The notes under the pieces were generated by a model. That model was not told the origin of the DNA. It ran no database searches and was given only the letters and a program-made list of their open reading frames with translations. Shown here piece after piece: positions 48,236 through 58,391 of a stretch of DNA of 64,000 nt. Position numbers and translations under genes: made by a program. The DNA lies in the IMG/VR virus record IMGVR_UViG_2930248008_000005, positions 1 through 64,000 of that record. One strand, given 5' to 3'. Within the stretch, counting starts at the first letter, position 1. Every line of letters begins with the position of its first letter. Origin of the DNA: a virus (taxonomy: Duplodnaviria > Caudoviricetes).

Positions 48236-48526
48236 ATGCGGTACGTGATGGTGACCGCCACCGCTCTGGCAGCGATGCTGCCGGAGCAATACGAGCAGTG
48301 CAAGAACGACGATCGGTGGACCCTGGTCACCTCGACCGAGGAGACGTGCGCCACGGTCGGGCGCCGCGAGAAGGTGACGCACGTGGTCACCTGGGGTCCG
48401 CCGGACGGCAGGACCAGAGAGGGGTGCTGCGACGAGTGCGCCGGGTCCTACTCCCGACGGCCAGCGCTGGCCGCGCAGGTGCTCTGCATCTGGGCGGGCT
48501 GGGGCTGCACGCACGCGCAGCTCTAA
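48236..48526 (+). CDS. Array gene, Cys-rich hypothetical
   Basis: Between repeats. Confidence 0.75.
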   Translation: MRYVMVTATALAAMLPEQYEQCKNDDRWTLVTSTEETCATVGRREKVTHVVTWGPPDGRTREGCCDECAGSYSRRPALAAQVLCIWAGWGCTHAQL

Positions 48527-48605
48527 CCGTGTGCTGATAGTGGCGGCCGGGCCGAGGGTCCGGCCGCTGCCACCACCGCACGGGTGGAGAGAGGCAGGGC
48601 GGATC

Positions 48606-49202
48606 ATGCCGCGCACCATCACGACCACGCGCACCGTGTTCAAGTTCGAGGAGTTGAGCGAGGACGCGCAGCAGCGGGCGGTTGAGCGGATCGCCGAGAA
48701 GATGGCGACGACCTGGTGGGACCAGCACGACAACGACGACATCGGCGCGACCATCGTCTACAAGATGGCCGAGAAGCTGCGCACGCGGGGCTGGGACACC
48801 TTCGGGGAGGGAGACTTCCCCGGAATCCCCGGGGTCGAGCTGGTCGAGTGGGACCTGGGGCGCGGGCAGGCGGTCAGCTTCAAGGGAGCGCTGGACCGTG
48901 AGAACGCCCCCGCGCTGCCCTGGGCCGATGGAGTCGAGGCCGTAACCCTCGGCGGCATCCCGGGCTACGGCATCGGCCAGTCCGTCTACGTCGAGACAGA
49001 CGGCGAGGCCGAGACCGACGAGGAGGTGGCGCGGGTCGGCGCGGCGGCGGAGGCGATGAAGAGCGCCGTCGAGGATGCCATCCACGCCGCCTGGCAGGCA
49101 GGCAAGGAGCAGGAGGAGTGGAAGGGCGGCGAGGAGCGCGCCCGCGACTGGATCGAGGCGAACGAGCCCGAGTTCGACGAGTCAGGCAACCTCGACCACT
49201 GA
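48606..49202 (+). CDS. Array gene, acidic phage protein (FEELSEDAQQRA...NEPEFDESG family)
   Basis: Between repeats; recurrent phage early-protein motifs. Confidence 0.8.
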   Translation: MPRTITTTRTVFKFEELSEDAQQRAVERIAEKMATTWWDQHDNDDIGATIVYKMAEKLRTRGWDTFGEGDFPGIPGVELVEWDLGRGQAVSFKGALDRENAPALPWADGVEAVTLGGIPGYGIGQSVYVETDGEAETDEEVARVGAAAEAMKSAVEDAIHAAWQAGKEQEEWKGGEERARDWIEANEPEFDESGNLDH

Positions 49203-49282
49203 CCGTGCGCTGACGGTGGCCGCCGGGCCGATGGTCCGGCGGCTGCCACCTCCGCACGGGAGGGGAAAGCAGGGGTAGGCAC

Positions 49283-49612
49283 ATGATCATCAACCTGGAG
49301 TCGCCGCAACGGCAGGCGTCGACCTACACGCCGGGCACCGTTCAGGACGCGGCAGAGCGCGAGCTGCGCATCATGCTGGAGGAGTTGCGCGACGAGGGCA
49401 AGGTCGAGCAGTACGGCCGGGAGCTGCGCCGGGCGGTGGTCTTCACGAGGGCCGGCAATGGTCCGACCTGCCTGGTGGTGTTCCTCATGGACTCCGACGG
49501 CGACCCGATGTCGGCGTTCGTGGACTACAGCGAGCGGCACGACGCCGCCATGCCGGTCCCGGAGCCGTACGTCCAGGAGCTGTACGACGCACTGCGCGCC
49601 TACGGGCGCTGA
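49283..49612 (+). CDS. Array gene, hypothetical
   Basis: Between repeats. Confidence 0.8.
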   Translation: MIINLESPQRQASTYTPGTVQDAAERELRIMLEELRDEGKVEQYGRELRRAVVFTRAGNGPTCLVVFLMDSDGDPMSAFVDYSERHDAAMPVPEPYVQELYDALRAYGR

Positions 49613-49692
49613 CCGCGCGCTGATGGTGGTGCACCGACCCCGGGTCGGTGCGCTGCCACCACCGCACGGGTGGAGAGAGGCAGGGCCGACCA

Positions 49693-49938
49693 ATGGCCGA
49701 CAGCGTGGAGAATTGCACGGAATGGGTCCGCAAGTGGGTGCTCAACGACCCCTCGGAGATCCTGTTCGAGGCGCAGCGACACGCCCGGCGCAGCCCGGAG
49801 GACCTGGAGGAGTTCATCGTCGGGGTGCTGCGCGCACCGAAGGAGGGTACGGCGGCGTGGTACACGCGCCGCGAGCTGTCCGACGTGGAGCTGGAGACCA
49901 GGATCGACTGGTCCGCGTTGGCCGACGACATCCTGTGA
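49693..49938 (+). CDS. Array gene, acidic hypothetical
   Basis: Between repeats; W..ND...IDWSALA motif. Confidence 0.8.
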   Translation: MADSVENCTEWVRKWVLNDPSEILFEAQRHARRSPEDLEEFIVGVLRAPKEGTAAWYTRRELSDVELETRIDWSALADDIL

Positions 49939-50019
49939 CCACGCACTGATGGTGGCGCACCGCCCCCCGAGGTCGGTGCGCTGCCACCACCGCGTGGTGG
50001 AGGGAGTGAGGGCAACATT

Positions 50020-50733
50020 ATGGGCCGCACCTTCGTCGAAATCGGCGAGGCGACTTACCGCGGACGGCACCCACTGCCGCACCAGTCGCGGCAGATCCGC
50101 CGCGACCTGCACGGGGAGGACATCCTCATGAACCCGGGCGCGGAGGCGCGCGGGTACCGACTCACGGCCGAGCAGATCGAGGACCGGCGACAGGGCCGGA
50201 CGCCTCGGGCCGAAGCGCCGTACGAGTTCCTGATCTACTTCCCGGGTCGGCCGTCGCTCAACTGGACGGCGTTCTACAGCCGGGCCGAGCTGGACGCCTG
50301 GCTGGACGCCTACGCGCTGACCCTGGACGGCGACCCGGAGCCCGGCGGGTATTTCGAGGTCCGCCTGCCGGCGACGGACGCCGACTGGCAGCCGGCGACC
50401 CTGGCGACGGCGTTCGAGACACTGGACGACCTGCGCCGGATGGGCGCGGCCATCCAGTGGAAGGGGACGCGGCACCTGGTCGGGCAGTGGAGCGCCACGC
50501 ACGACGATGGCAAGCTGACCAGCGCCAGCGTCTGGAGCAAGACCGAGCGGCGGTGGTTGACGCTGGTCGAGCCGCGCGGCCTGCCGATCCCGGAGCATCA
50601 GCGGTGCGCGGCGACGCACCCGGACTTCCCAGAGATGCGCTGTGAGCGCCACGTACACCCCGACACCCCGAACTACCCGAACCACGTGACCGAGCACCAG
50701 AACGGGCTCAACAAGTGGGAGTCCTGGCACTGA
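50020..50733 (+). CDS. Array gene, hypothetical
   Basis: Between repeats. Confidence 0.8.
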   Translation: MGRTFVEIGEATYRGRHPLPHQSRQIRRDLHGEDILMNPGAEARGYRLTAEQIEDRRQGRTPRAEAPYEFLIYFPGRPSLNWTAFYSRAELDAWLDAYALTLDGDPEPGGYFEVRLPATDADWQPATLATAFETLDDLRRMGAAIQWKGTRHLVGQWSATHDDGKLTSASVWSKTERRWLTLVEPRGLPIPEHQRCAATHPDFPEMRCERHVHPDTPNYPNHVTEHQNGLNKWESWH

Positions 50734-50812
50734 CCGTGTGCCGATGGTGGCGGCCGGGCTTGCGCCCGGCCGCGCGCCACCTGCCACACGGGCAGGAGAA
50801 AGCGAGGCAGCG

Positions 50813-51070
50813 ATGGACAGCAAGACGATCCAGGAGGCATACACCGGGCGGGAGGAGGCCACCATGGACCGCGTGGTGCGCTTCCTGCGGGACAACTACG
50901 GCCACTCGGACGGCTCCCCGCTCACCGAGGAGCGCCTGCTGGAGCTGACGATCAAGCACGCCGACGTCATCCGGACCGCGATCACCCTGGGCTCGTTCGC
51001 CTACTACCCGGGCGACAAGATCGCCGCCGCAGAGAGGCTGGAGTACATCGGTCCCGACGACGAAGGCTGA
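50813..51070 (+). CDS. Array gene, hypothetical
   Basis: Between repeats. Confidence 0.8.
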   Translation: MDSKTIQEAYTGREEATMDRVVRFLRDNYGHSDGSPLTEERLLELTIKHADVIRTAITLGSFAYYPGDKIAAAERLEYIGPDDEG

Positions 51071-51146
51071 CCGCGCATGGACGGTGGCCGCCGGGTTCGC
51101 CCGGCGGCTCGCCGCCCGTCGCACGGACGGGAGAGATGAGGGCGAC

Positions 51147-51566
51147 ATGCGTAAGCCGACGTACGACGACCTGATGACGGCCCGGGGTGACCGGATCGAC
51201 CCGGAGGGGGTCTTCGACATCCTGCGCGATCTCCAGCGGACGGCAGCCGCCGCTGAGGCAGAGGAGGAGCCCGAGGACTTGGACTTGCTCGACCGGATCG
51301 AGTCGGTGAAGGCGCTGATCGAGGGACTGAACGGGACCGGCCTCGGCGCGGCGTACATCGCCGACCACCGGTGCACCCTGATCGCCGCCGACTACTTCGA
51401 GGAGTTCGCCCGCGACGAGGTCGAGGACACCTCGGGCATCCACCGCGACCACCCGGTGCTGTCGCACGTCAACTGGGCGGACTTCGCGGACGCGCTGCGC
51501 CAGGACTACAAACCCGTGACGGTCGAGCTGGGCGAGTTCGCCGGCACGTGGTGGGTGCGCGGCTGA
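51147..51566 (+). CDS. Acidic protein resembling the ArdA antirestriction C-terminal region
   Basis: FEEFARDEVEDTSGI...VLSHVNWADFADALRQDY resembles ArdA FAEEL...YIDYEA.ARDL. Confidence 0.55.
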   Translation: MRKPTYDDLMTARGDRIDPEGVFDILRDLQRTAAAAEAEEEPEDLDLLDRIESVKALIEGLNGTGLGAAYIADHRCTLIAADYFEEFARDEVEDTSGIHRDHPVLSHVNWADFADALRQDYKPVTVELGEFAGTWWVRG

Positions 51567-51647
51567 TCGTGCGGCTAATGGTGGTCGCCGGGCCGAGGTC
51601 CGGCGGCACGCCACCTGTCGCACGGACAGGAGGAAGGGAGGATCGAC

Positions 51648-51947
51648 ATGGAGCTGATCGACACTCGGCGCGAGTTCGTGGCCTTGGCCCGGCGGCTCGG
51701 AGTGCGACCGGACTGGCACGAGCCGGACGAGCGGGAGGTGGCCGCCCGCGTGCAGGGCAGCCACCTGGACAACGCGATGGGCGCAACCGGCGAGTGCGGC
51801 GAGCTGCGCGTGATCTTCTCGCAGGACGGCGAGGACATCGCAGCGGTCAATCTGGCGAACCTGTGCGCCTGGGCGAGTGTGCCCGCCGACGAGGTGGCGG
51901 AGCGCGAGCGAGCCGAGGAGCAGATGTACGGGCGGGAGCGCGCCTGA
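51648..51947 (+). CDS. Array gene, conserved actinophage hypothetical (LGVRPDWHEPDE)
   Basis: Between repeats. Confidence 0.8.
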   Translation: MELIDTRREFVALARRLGVRPDWHEPDEREVAARVQGSHLDNAMGATGECGELRVIFSQDGEDIAAVNLANLCAWASVPADEVAERERAEEQMYGRERA

Positions 51948-52029
51948 TCGTGCACTGACGGTGCTGGCCGGACCGCGAGGTCCGGCCGGTGCCGCCCGCT
52001 GCACGGCGGGAGGATGCGAGGTCGGGACG

Positions 52030-52221
52030 GTGCCGGAGAAGACCTACGGCGAGCACAGCGCCGAGATGCGCGAGAAGTACGGAGAGGGTCTGACTGAAGC
52101 CCAGCACAACAAGGTGTACGCCTTTGCCTACGAGCGGGGGCACGCCTTCGGGTACAGCGAGGTCGAGAGCCACTACGAGGAGGTAGCCGAGTTGGCCCGA
52201 GGGCTGCTGGGGATCGACTGA
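52030..52221 (+). CDS. Array gene, 63 aa (AYERGHAFGYSEV family)
   Basis: Between repeats. Confidence 0.75.
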   Translation: MPEKTYGEHSAEMREKYGEGLTEAQHNKVYAFAYERGHAFGYSEVESHYEEVAELARGLLGID

Positions 52222-52297
52222 CGTACGCCGACGGTGCCACGCGGGCCGCAGGGTCCGCGCGGTGCCGCCCGCGCACGGCGGGAGAATGAGGGCACTC

Positions 52298-52777
52298 GTG
52301 GACGAGAAGTTTCACAGCAGGCACCTGGGCCACGACATCTACCGGAAGCACGGGACGGGCTACTTCACGGTGTGGCTCTCCGGTAAGGGCAACCGGGTAG
52401 CGGACACGCTGGACGGCGCGCACGAGTGGGTGCGCGAGCACCTGACCGAAGAGATGCGGAAGGCCATTGACGCCGCCCGGGGGCGCGGACTGGCGACGAT
52501 GGCCCGCGAGGAGATCGAGAGCCACGCGCGGCACTCGCTGTTCTTCGTGCGGGTCGCCGACGACCTGGCCGCCGGGAGGGTGGCGGTCAACGAGTTCTAC
52601 GTCTACGCGACCCGAGACGGCGACCGCCTGGAGGCGACGCTCGGGGCGTACAGCAGGGGTGCCGACGAGGCGATCGAGCTGGCGCAACGCGAGGGCGTTT
52701 ACGCCGACGAGGTGTGGGTGCTGGCGGGCCACGCCGGTGCCTGGTGTGAGGTGGAGCCTCGTCAGGGCATCGCCTGA
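52298..52777 (+). CDS. Array gene, hypothetical; start 52286 or 52298
   Basis: Between repeats. Confidence 0.75.
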   Translation: MDEKFHSRHLGHDIYRKHGTGYFTVWLSGKGNRVADTLDGAHEWVREHLTEEMRKAIDAARGRGLATMAREEIESHARHSLFFVRVADDLAAGRVAVNEFYVYATRDGDRLEATLGAYSRGADEAIELAQREGVYADEVWVLAGHAGAWCEVEPRQGIA

Positions 52778-52856
52778 CCGCGCGCTGATGGTGGTGCCCG
52801 GCCGCGTGCCGGGCACTCGCCACCTCCGCGTGGGAGGAGAGAGACGAGGTAGCACC

Positions 52857-53327
52857 ATGACCATGCCGCTGACCCGGGGTGGCGTCATGCCGATCCCGGT
52901 CCCGACGACCATCAACCACCTCGTGGTGATGGGGGCCATGCCCGTCCAGGCGCGCCACGGCGAGCGCTGCCACCAGTGGGTCGTGATGTGCCACGACCCG
53001 GAGCGACCGGCGGGGCGCGACTACGTCACCTGGCGGGTCGGCTGCGACGGGCCGGGAGACCACTACGGCGCGTTCGTCGCCTTCGAGGGTGAGTACGACC
53101 TGAGCGAGGATCGGGCTCTGCGGAGCATGGTCAAGCGGGCCAAGTTCCGGCCGGTCCGAGAGGGCGAGATCACGGAGGGCGAGGAGGCCCTGGCGGCGGT
53201 GCTCGACATGGTCGCCCGGGTGCGCAACTCCCCCGACTGCGAGGAGATCACCGTCGAGGACGTGCGGGAGCTGGTACCGCACAGCGTCTTCAAGCTGCTC
53301 TGTCCGTTCCGGGTGGAGGGCGACTGA
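52857..53327 (+). CDS. Array gene, hypothetical
   Basis: Between repeats. Confidence 0.8.
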   Translation: MTMPLTRGGVMPIPVPTTINHLVVMGAMPVQARHGERCHQWVVMCHDPERPAGRDYVTWRVGCDGPGDHYGAFVAFEGEYDLSEDRALRSMVKRAKFRPVREGEITEGEEALAAVLDMVARVRNSPDCEEITVEDVRELVPHSVFKLLCPFRVEGD

Positions 53328-53409
53328 TCCGTGCGCGAACGGTGCTCGCCGGGCCGAGGTCCGGCGGGATGCCGCCCGTCGCACGGACGGGAGGAAGCGA
53401 GGCTCGACC

Positions 53410-53706
53410 ATGAGCGACGACGAGTACGTGAACCACACCTACACCTTCGACGCACCGGCCACCGTGACGCTGCACGTCGAGGCGGACAGCGAGCAAGAGG
53501 CGTGGGCCAAGGTGCGGGCGGCGCTCGGGGCGGAGAACCCCGACATCGAGTTCGCCCCCGGGGTGATCGTGCACGAGCTGGCAATCGGCGAGGCCCACGT
53601 GGACTGGAGCGTGGCCGAGGTGGCCCTGTCCAGCGGGCCGGCGGACACCGAGGACGACGGCGGGGACGACCCGGACGACGAGGTCGACCACGACTCCACG
53701 CGCTGA
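53410..53706 (+). CDS. Array gene, very acidic hypothetical
   Basis: Between repeats; ends at the internal TGA. Confidence 0.8.
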   Translation: MSDDEYVNHTYTFDAPATVTLHVEADSEQEAWAKVRAALGAENPDIEFAPGVIVHELAIGEAHVDWSVAEVALSSGPADTEDDGGDDPDDEVDHDSTR

Positions 53707-53770
53707 TGGTGCTGGCCGGGTGCTGCCCGGCCGGTGCCACCGCCGCGTGGCGGAGAAAGGCAGGGAAGCG

Positions 53771-54298
53771 GTGACTTCCTACAGCATCTACTACCCGCAG
53801 TCCGACGACCCGCAGGAGGTGTGGCGGTCGCGGGTGGAGACCTTCCTGAGCGGCGCCGCCCGAAGCTTCCTCGACACGGCCGAGGTCGTCACCGAGGAGG
53901 AGGACCCTGCCGAGACGGAGGAGGCGTACGCCGTGTGGTGGCACTCCGAGCGGCGGGGCTGGGAACTGGACGCGATCCACCCGGACGACCGGCCGCGGTT
54001 CGTCAAGCGGCTCGGAGACTTCGCGGGCGAGAACCCGGGCGACCTGGCCCTGGTGGTCAACCAGATCCTGGAGGACGCGCGTCGGCTCGGGCACGCCTAC
54101 GTCCACGACGTCGACACCGCCTGGTACCGGGCGGGCGAGCTGTACATCTACAACTCGCAAGGCCAGGGCATCGGGCTCTGGGAGCACGGCGACGCCGGCA
54201 AGCGACTGAGCGAGCGCATCGGCTACCACCCGGTGCGCGGGTTCACCTACCCGCCGGGCGACGAGCGCGGCCGATACGTGCAGATCGAGGAAATCTGA
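53771..54298 (+). CDS. Array gene, hypothetical
   Basis: Between repeats. Confidence 0.8.
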   Translation: MTSYSIYYPQSDDPQEVWRSRVETFLSGAARSFLDTAEVVTEEEDPAETEEAYAVWWHSERRGWELDAIHPDDRPRFVKRLGDFAGENPGDLALVVNQILEDARRLGHAYVHDVDTAWYRAGELYIYNSQGQGIGLWEHGDAGKRLSERIGYHPVRGFTYPPGDERGRYVQIEEI

Positions 54299-54378
54299 CC
54301 GTGCGCTGACGGTGGGGCATCCGGTGCGGCCGGGTGCCCGCGCCACCACTGCATGGGTGGAGGAAGAGAGGGCCGGTC

Positions 54379-54771
54379 ATGGCCAACCTGTTCAGCTTCG
54401 TCGCCGAGATTCGCCGAATGGCGACCGATGGTGACCTGGCCCGCCTGGCGATGCCGGGGGTCAGGCTTTCGCAGATCAACAGGCTCAGCCTCAGCGGTAC
54501 GTCGTACCTCGCCGAGGTTCGTGACGAGCTGGCCGACTTCGTTGAGGAGCACGGCCGACTCCCGCGCGAGGCGGAGCCGGACGAGATTGCCGCAGCCCCG
54601 CTGGGCACCCGCGACGACGCCCACGTATGGGCGCTGTTCGTCGGGCTGGGCGGCTGGCTCGATGAGGACGCGCCGAACCGCTCTCTGACCACCGACGGGG
54701 CCACCCGCACGCTGGAGGGCATCGGGCGGCGGCTGGTCTACGCCCTGCTCGAACAGGCAGAGGAAGCCTGA
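54379..54771 (+). CDS. Array gene, hypothetical
   Basis: Between repeats. Confidence 0.8.
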   Translation: MANLFSFVAEIRRMATDGDLARLAMPGVRLSQINRLSLSGTSYLAEVRDELADFVEEHGRLPREAEPDEIAAAPLGTRDDAHVWALFVGLGGWLDEDAPNRSLTTDGATRTLEGIGRRLVYALLEQAEEA

Positions 54772-54863
54772 ACGCTCCCCGCTCGGGTGATGGTGGCCGC
54801 CGGACTCCAGCCCGGCGGCGCGCCACCGTCGAGCGAACAACTGGACGGAGAGGGAGCCGAGAG

Positions 54864-55325
54864 ATGGGCAACAACATTGCGGACCGGCGCGACGTGGCGG
54901 TGCTGACGGTTCGCGGCCGAGGCTTCCGCGTGGAGCGGATTGCCTGGAAGAACAGCGACGGTCTGTCGTTCGACGTGCACGACGTGGCGACGGGCGTCTG
55001 CCTGACGGCCGAGTCGTACGACTGGCAGCCGCGCGAGGGTGACGTGGTGGAGTTGCTGGACCGCCTCAAGAGCGGCCTGGAGGACGGGACGCTCGACCCG
55101 CTCGACCACGACAGAGCCGAGCTGGCCACGGTGCTCGGCATCGAGTTGCTGCACGAGGGCGACGAGGACGGCGGCGACGACGAGGGAGGCGCGGACGGGC
55201 GCGAGGTGAACTGGCAGTGCCCGGGGTGCTTTGCCGTCTTCTACGTCGGTGAGGAAGACCTGGCGGTCGACCACGTGCAGATTCACTGCGACAAGGTCGA
55301 CGGCGCGGGTCGGGCGCTGAGCTGA
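54864..55325 (+). CDS. Array gene, acidic with C2H2-like finger
   Basis: CPGC...H...H motif; between repeats. Confidence 0.8.
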   Translation: MGNNIADRRDVAVLTVRGRGFRVERIAWKNSDGLSFDVHDVATGVCLTAESYDWQPREGDVVELLDRLKSGLEDGTLDPLDHDRAELATVLGIELLHEGDEDGGDDEGGADGREVNWQCPGCFAVFYVGEEDLAVDHVQIHCDKVDGAGRALS

Positions 55326-55410
55326 CCGTACGAGTGATGGTGGCCGCCGGGCTGAGGTTCGGCGGCGCGCCACCGTCGAGCGGATGACTGACACGGAGAG
55401 AGGGCCAACG

Positions 55411-55686
55411 ATGAAGACGCCGCCGAGGGCTCGGCAGGAGACCGCCGAGGAGATGCGGAGGCACGGCTACACACAGGGTGCGGTCGACGGCATCCTGCAC
55501 ATCCGCAGCCTGGACGACGAACAGGTCCTCGCGGCAGCACGGAGCGTCGACAGCGACGCTCACAAGGCGATCCTCGCGCGCATGGGTCCCCGTACCAACC
55601 CGTTCTGGATCACCGGTGCGTGCGCGGAGGAGGCGTACCTGCGCGGGCTGATTGACGAACGGGAGTTCGATCACCTCAGCGACTGA
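55411..55686 (+). CDS. Array gene, hypothetical
   Basis: Between repeats. Confidence 0.75.
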   Translation: MKTPPRARQETAEEMRRHGYTQGAVDGILHIRSLDDEQVLAAARSVDSDAHKAILARMGPRTNPFWITGACAEEAYLRGLIDEREFDHLSD

Positions 55687-55771
55687 GCACCCCGCTCGGG
55701 TGATGGTGGCGCACCGGCTTCGGTCGGTGCGCTCGCCACCTGTCGAGCGGCAGGAGGAAGTGAGGACGATC

Positions 55772-56245
55772 GTGAACGGGCGGGACATCCGGAGGACGGG
55801 GGTCGGCTACCTGGCCGACGGCTACTTCTCGGCAGCCGAGGTCGGCGAGGAGAACATCTGCGACCACGTGACCGTCGGCGAGGACGACGGCGGACGTATC
55901 CCGGTCACCATGGTCGAGATCATCCGCTGGTCGGAGTTCGAGATCGGGCCGTGGGCGAGAGCGACGGTGCGCCAGCTCGACGCGGTGAAGCGGACGATCT
56001 GCGTCAACTACGGCGCGGCCGGGGTCAACCACCGGGACGAGGACTTCACCGGCGACGGGCTGCTGGAGGTCGAGTGGGTGGCGTGGGCCGAGGGGCACAA
56101 GCCCCTCGGCGAGGTGCTGGATTTCATCCGGAGGATCGTCCCCGAGGGGCCGGTCGGCTTCCACAACAACTCCAACGGAGCGTACGGAGCGACCGGCAAC
56201 GTGGTCCGGGAGGTCCGCGAGGCCGTAGCTGCGGTGGAGGGCTGA
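55772..56245 (+). CDS. Array gene, hypothetical
   Basis: Starts after a repeat. Confidence 0.8.
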   Translation: MNGRDIRRTGVGYLADGYFSAAEVGEENICDHVTVGEDDGGRIPVTMVEIIRWSEFEIGPWARATVRQLDAVKRTICVNYGAAGVNHRDEDFTGDGLLEVEWVAWAEGHKPLGEVLDFIRRIVPEGPVGFHNNSNGAYGATGNVVREVREAVAAVEG

Positions 56246-56248
56246 GCG

Positions 56249-56590
56249 GTGGACGCGCTCACGCCGGCATACGAGATCGAGCACCCGCGCGGATGGCGGC
56301 GGCTGTACCGGATGCCCAACGGACTCGGCGCGTCGGTCATCCCCCGCCAGCCAGCGATCCCCGGATACGCGGCTGGCACCGTGGACGTACTGGTCGTCGA
56401 GTGGACCGGGAACGACCCAGACGACCACATCGAGCACCTGCCCAAGGACTGGCAGGTGGTCGAGGACTTCGTGCGAGCGGTCGACAGTCAGGGGGGTGAT
56501 GTCTACTACGGCAACGGCGGATGCGAGTTGCAATGCGTCCCGGAGCACGAGCTGCTCGGGCTGCTGACGCTGATCTCGCGAATGCCCTGA
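56249..56590 (+). CDS. Array gene, second gene of a two-gene unit (PNGLGASVI motif)
   Basis: GGAGG RBS inside the upstream gene; no repeat at this junction. Confidence 0.75.
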   Translation: MDALTPAYEIEHPRGWRRLYRMPNGLGASVIPRQPAIPGYAAGTVDVLVVEWTGNDPDDHIEHLPKDWQVVEDFVRAVDSQGGDVYYGNGGCELQCVPEHELLGLLTLISRMP

Positions 56591-56666
56591 TCGTGCGCTG
56601 ATGGTGGCGCGCCGGGGTGACCGGCGCGCTCGCCACCGCCGCACGGGCGGAGAGGCGAGGTGCAAG

Positions 56667-56990
56667 GTGAGCGACAGGAAGACGGAGATTCAGGTCGGGC
56701 TGCCTGAGCAGGAGGCGCGGCGGCCCGAGTCGGGCTACGGCCTGAGCCTGATCGCCGACGGTGTGAGCTGGCAGGGGACGAAGGCCACGATCATCGAGAA
56801 GGCGATCAGTGACATGCTGCGCCACGACTACGACGGCGCGGTGGAGGACGTTGTGGTCTACGAGGAGGGTCCGACTAGCAGAACGGTCACCCGGATCAGC
56901 GGCGACGTGGTCGAGGTCAACAGCCTGAGGCTCACGTTCGCCGGTGGCCGCGAGGTCGAGCTGGACGGCATCCTCGCGATCCACTTCTGA
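56667..56990 (+). CDS. Array gene, hypothetical
   Basis: Between repeats. Confidence 0.8.
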   Translation: MSDRKTEIQVGLPEQEARRPESGYGLSLIADGVSWQGTKATIIEKAISDMLRHDYDGAVEDVVVYEEGPTSRTVTRISGDVVEVNSLRLTFAGGREVELDGILAIHF

Positions 56991-57065
56991 CGTGCGCTGA
57001 TGGTGGCCGCCGAGCATGGCTCGGCGGCGCGCCACCGCCGCACGGCGGAGAGGTGAGGTGACGAA

Positions 57066-57500
57066 GTGAAGATCAGCGAGTACATGGCGGCGGGAACGGC
57101 CGAGCGCGCGAAGGCACGGGCGGCGCTGAGCCGGCGGGTCAACAACGGGACGCGGCGACTGCGGCGCATGACCGAGGTCGAAATCGCCGATGCCGCCAGG
57201 GCGCGCTTCCCCGAGGCCGTCAAGGTGCGCGTGTCGGTGGATGAGGGCGACGACGTGTGGTGCATGGCGGCAGGGATCTACGGGCCGCGCGGCAGGCGGC
57301 TGGTCCTGGAGGACTACGACCTCAACCCCCAGCTCGACCGCACCATCCAGGACCTGGTCGAGGAAGCCTGGGAGGAGGGCGGCAAGGACGACTGGCCCCA
57401 CATCGACCGCGAGGACGACGAGGACTACCCCGACAGCTTCGACGTGCGCGAAATCCGACTGCCCCGGCGGCCGAGTGGCGCAGGGCTGACGGAGGGCTGA
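57066..57500 (+). CDS. Array gene, hypothetical
   Basis: Between repeats. Confidence 0.8.
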   Translation: MKISEYMAAGTAERAKARAALSRRVNNGTRRLRRMTEVEIADAARARFPEAVKVRVSVDEGDDVWCMAAGIYGPRGRRLVLEDYDLNPQLDRTIQDLVEEAWEEGGKDDWPHIDREDDEDYPDSFDVREIRLPRRPSGAGLTEG

Positions 57501-57578
57501 ACCGTACGGGAGATGGTGCCGGCCGGGTGACGCCCGGCCGGTCGCCACCGCCGCACGGGCGGAGGAAGTGAGGCGGAG

Positions 57579-57992
57579 ATGGATGACAGGGAGTTCCTGT
57601 TCGACGCGGCGGTGACGGCGACCTTCGCGGTGACCGCACCGACGCTGCTCGATGCGGCGGCCAAGGTCCGCGAGATCCAGGAAGCCGACCCGGACGACCT
57701 CGACGACGGCGTGCTGCTGCGCTCGCTGTCCTGGGGCATCCAGGTCGACGGTGAGCTGGTCCAGGTAATCGACGGGGGCATGAGCGATCCGGTCACCCTC
57801 GACCGGATGAGCGACCCGGCCACGCGGGGAGAAGATGTCGACCCCGAGCGGCTGGTCGCTGCCATCGGCGAATACCGCGCCGCGCTACGGACGGGCCGGG
57901 TGGACGCGGAGGCGGGCGCGCTGCGGCTGCTGGCCAACCTGGCGCTGGAGCGATGGCCGGAGGTCGCAGAGCGACTGCCGGACGGGCTCTGA
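57579..57992 (+). CDS. Array gene, acidic hypothetical
   Basis: Between repeats. Confidence 0.8.
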   Translation: MDDREFLFDAAVTATFAVTAPTLLDAAAKVREIQEADPDDLDDGVLLRSLSWGIQVDGELVQVIDGGMSDPVTLDRMSDPATRGEDVDPERLVAAIGEYRAALRTGRVDAEAGALRLLANLALERWPEVAERLPDGL

Positions 57993-58073
57993 TCGTGCGG
58001 GTGATGGTGGTGCGCCGGGCTGCGGCTCGGCGCGCTCGCCACCGTGGCACGACGGAGGAATGGAGGGCGGAGC

Positions 58074-58310
58074 GTGGCGGAGAGGTTCGGGCCGCTGAAT
58101 GCGGCTCAGGAGCGAACGCTGGAGCATTACGAGGCGCTCGGGAGCGTGCAGACGTGGTACGCCGGCCGAGTGCGGGATGACGACTCGGTGGAGGTCGTGG
58201 GTCTGGGCGAGGACTTCATCTGGGCGCTGGTCATCGAGCACGACGGCGAGGTGGCCACCTACGAGGCGCACATCGATCCAAAAACCTGGCAGACCGGCAT
58301 CACCTGCTGA
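58074..58310 (+). CDS. Array gene, hypothetical
   Basis: Between repeats. Confidence 0.75.
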   Translation: MAERFGPLNAAQERTLEHYEALGSVQTWYAGRVRDDDSVEVVGLGEDFIWALVIEHDGEVATYEAHIDPKTWQTGITC

Positions 58311-58391
58311 CCGTGTGCTGACGGTGCGGCATCGGGCGAAGGTCCGGTGCGGCGCCGCCCGCCGCACGGACGGGAGGAAGCGAGGAGTCTG

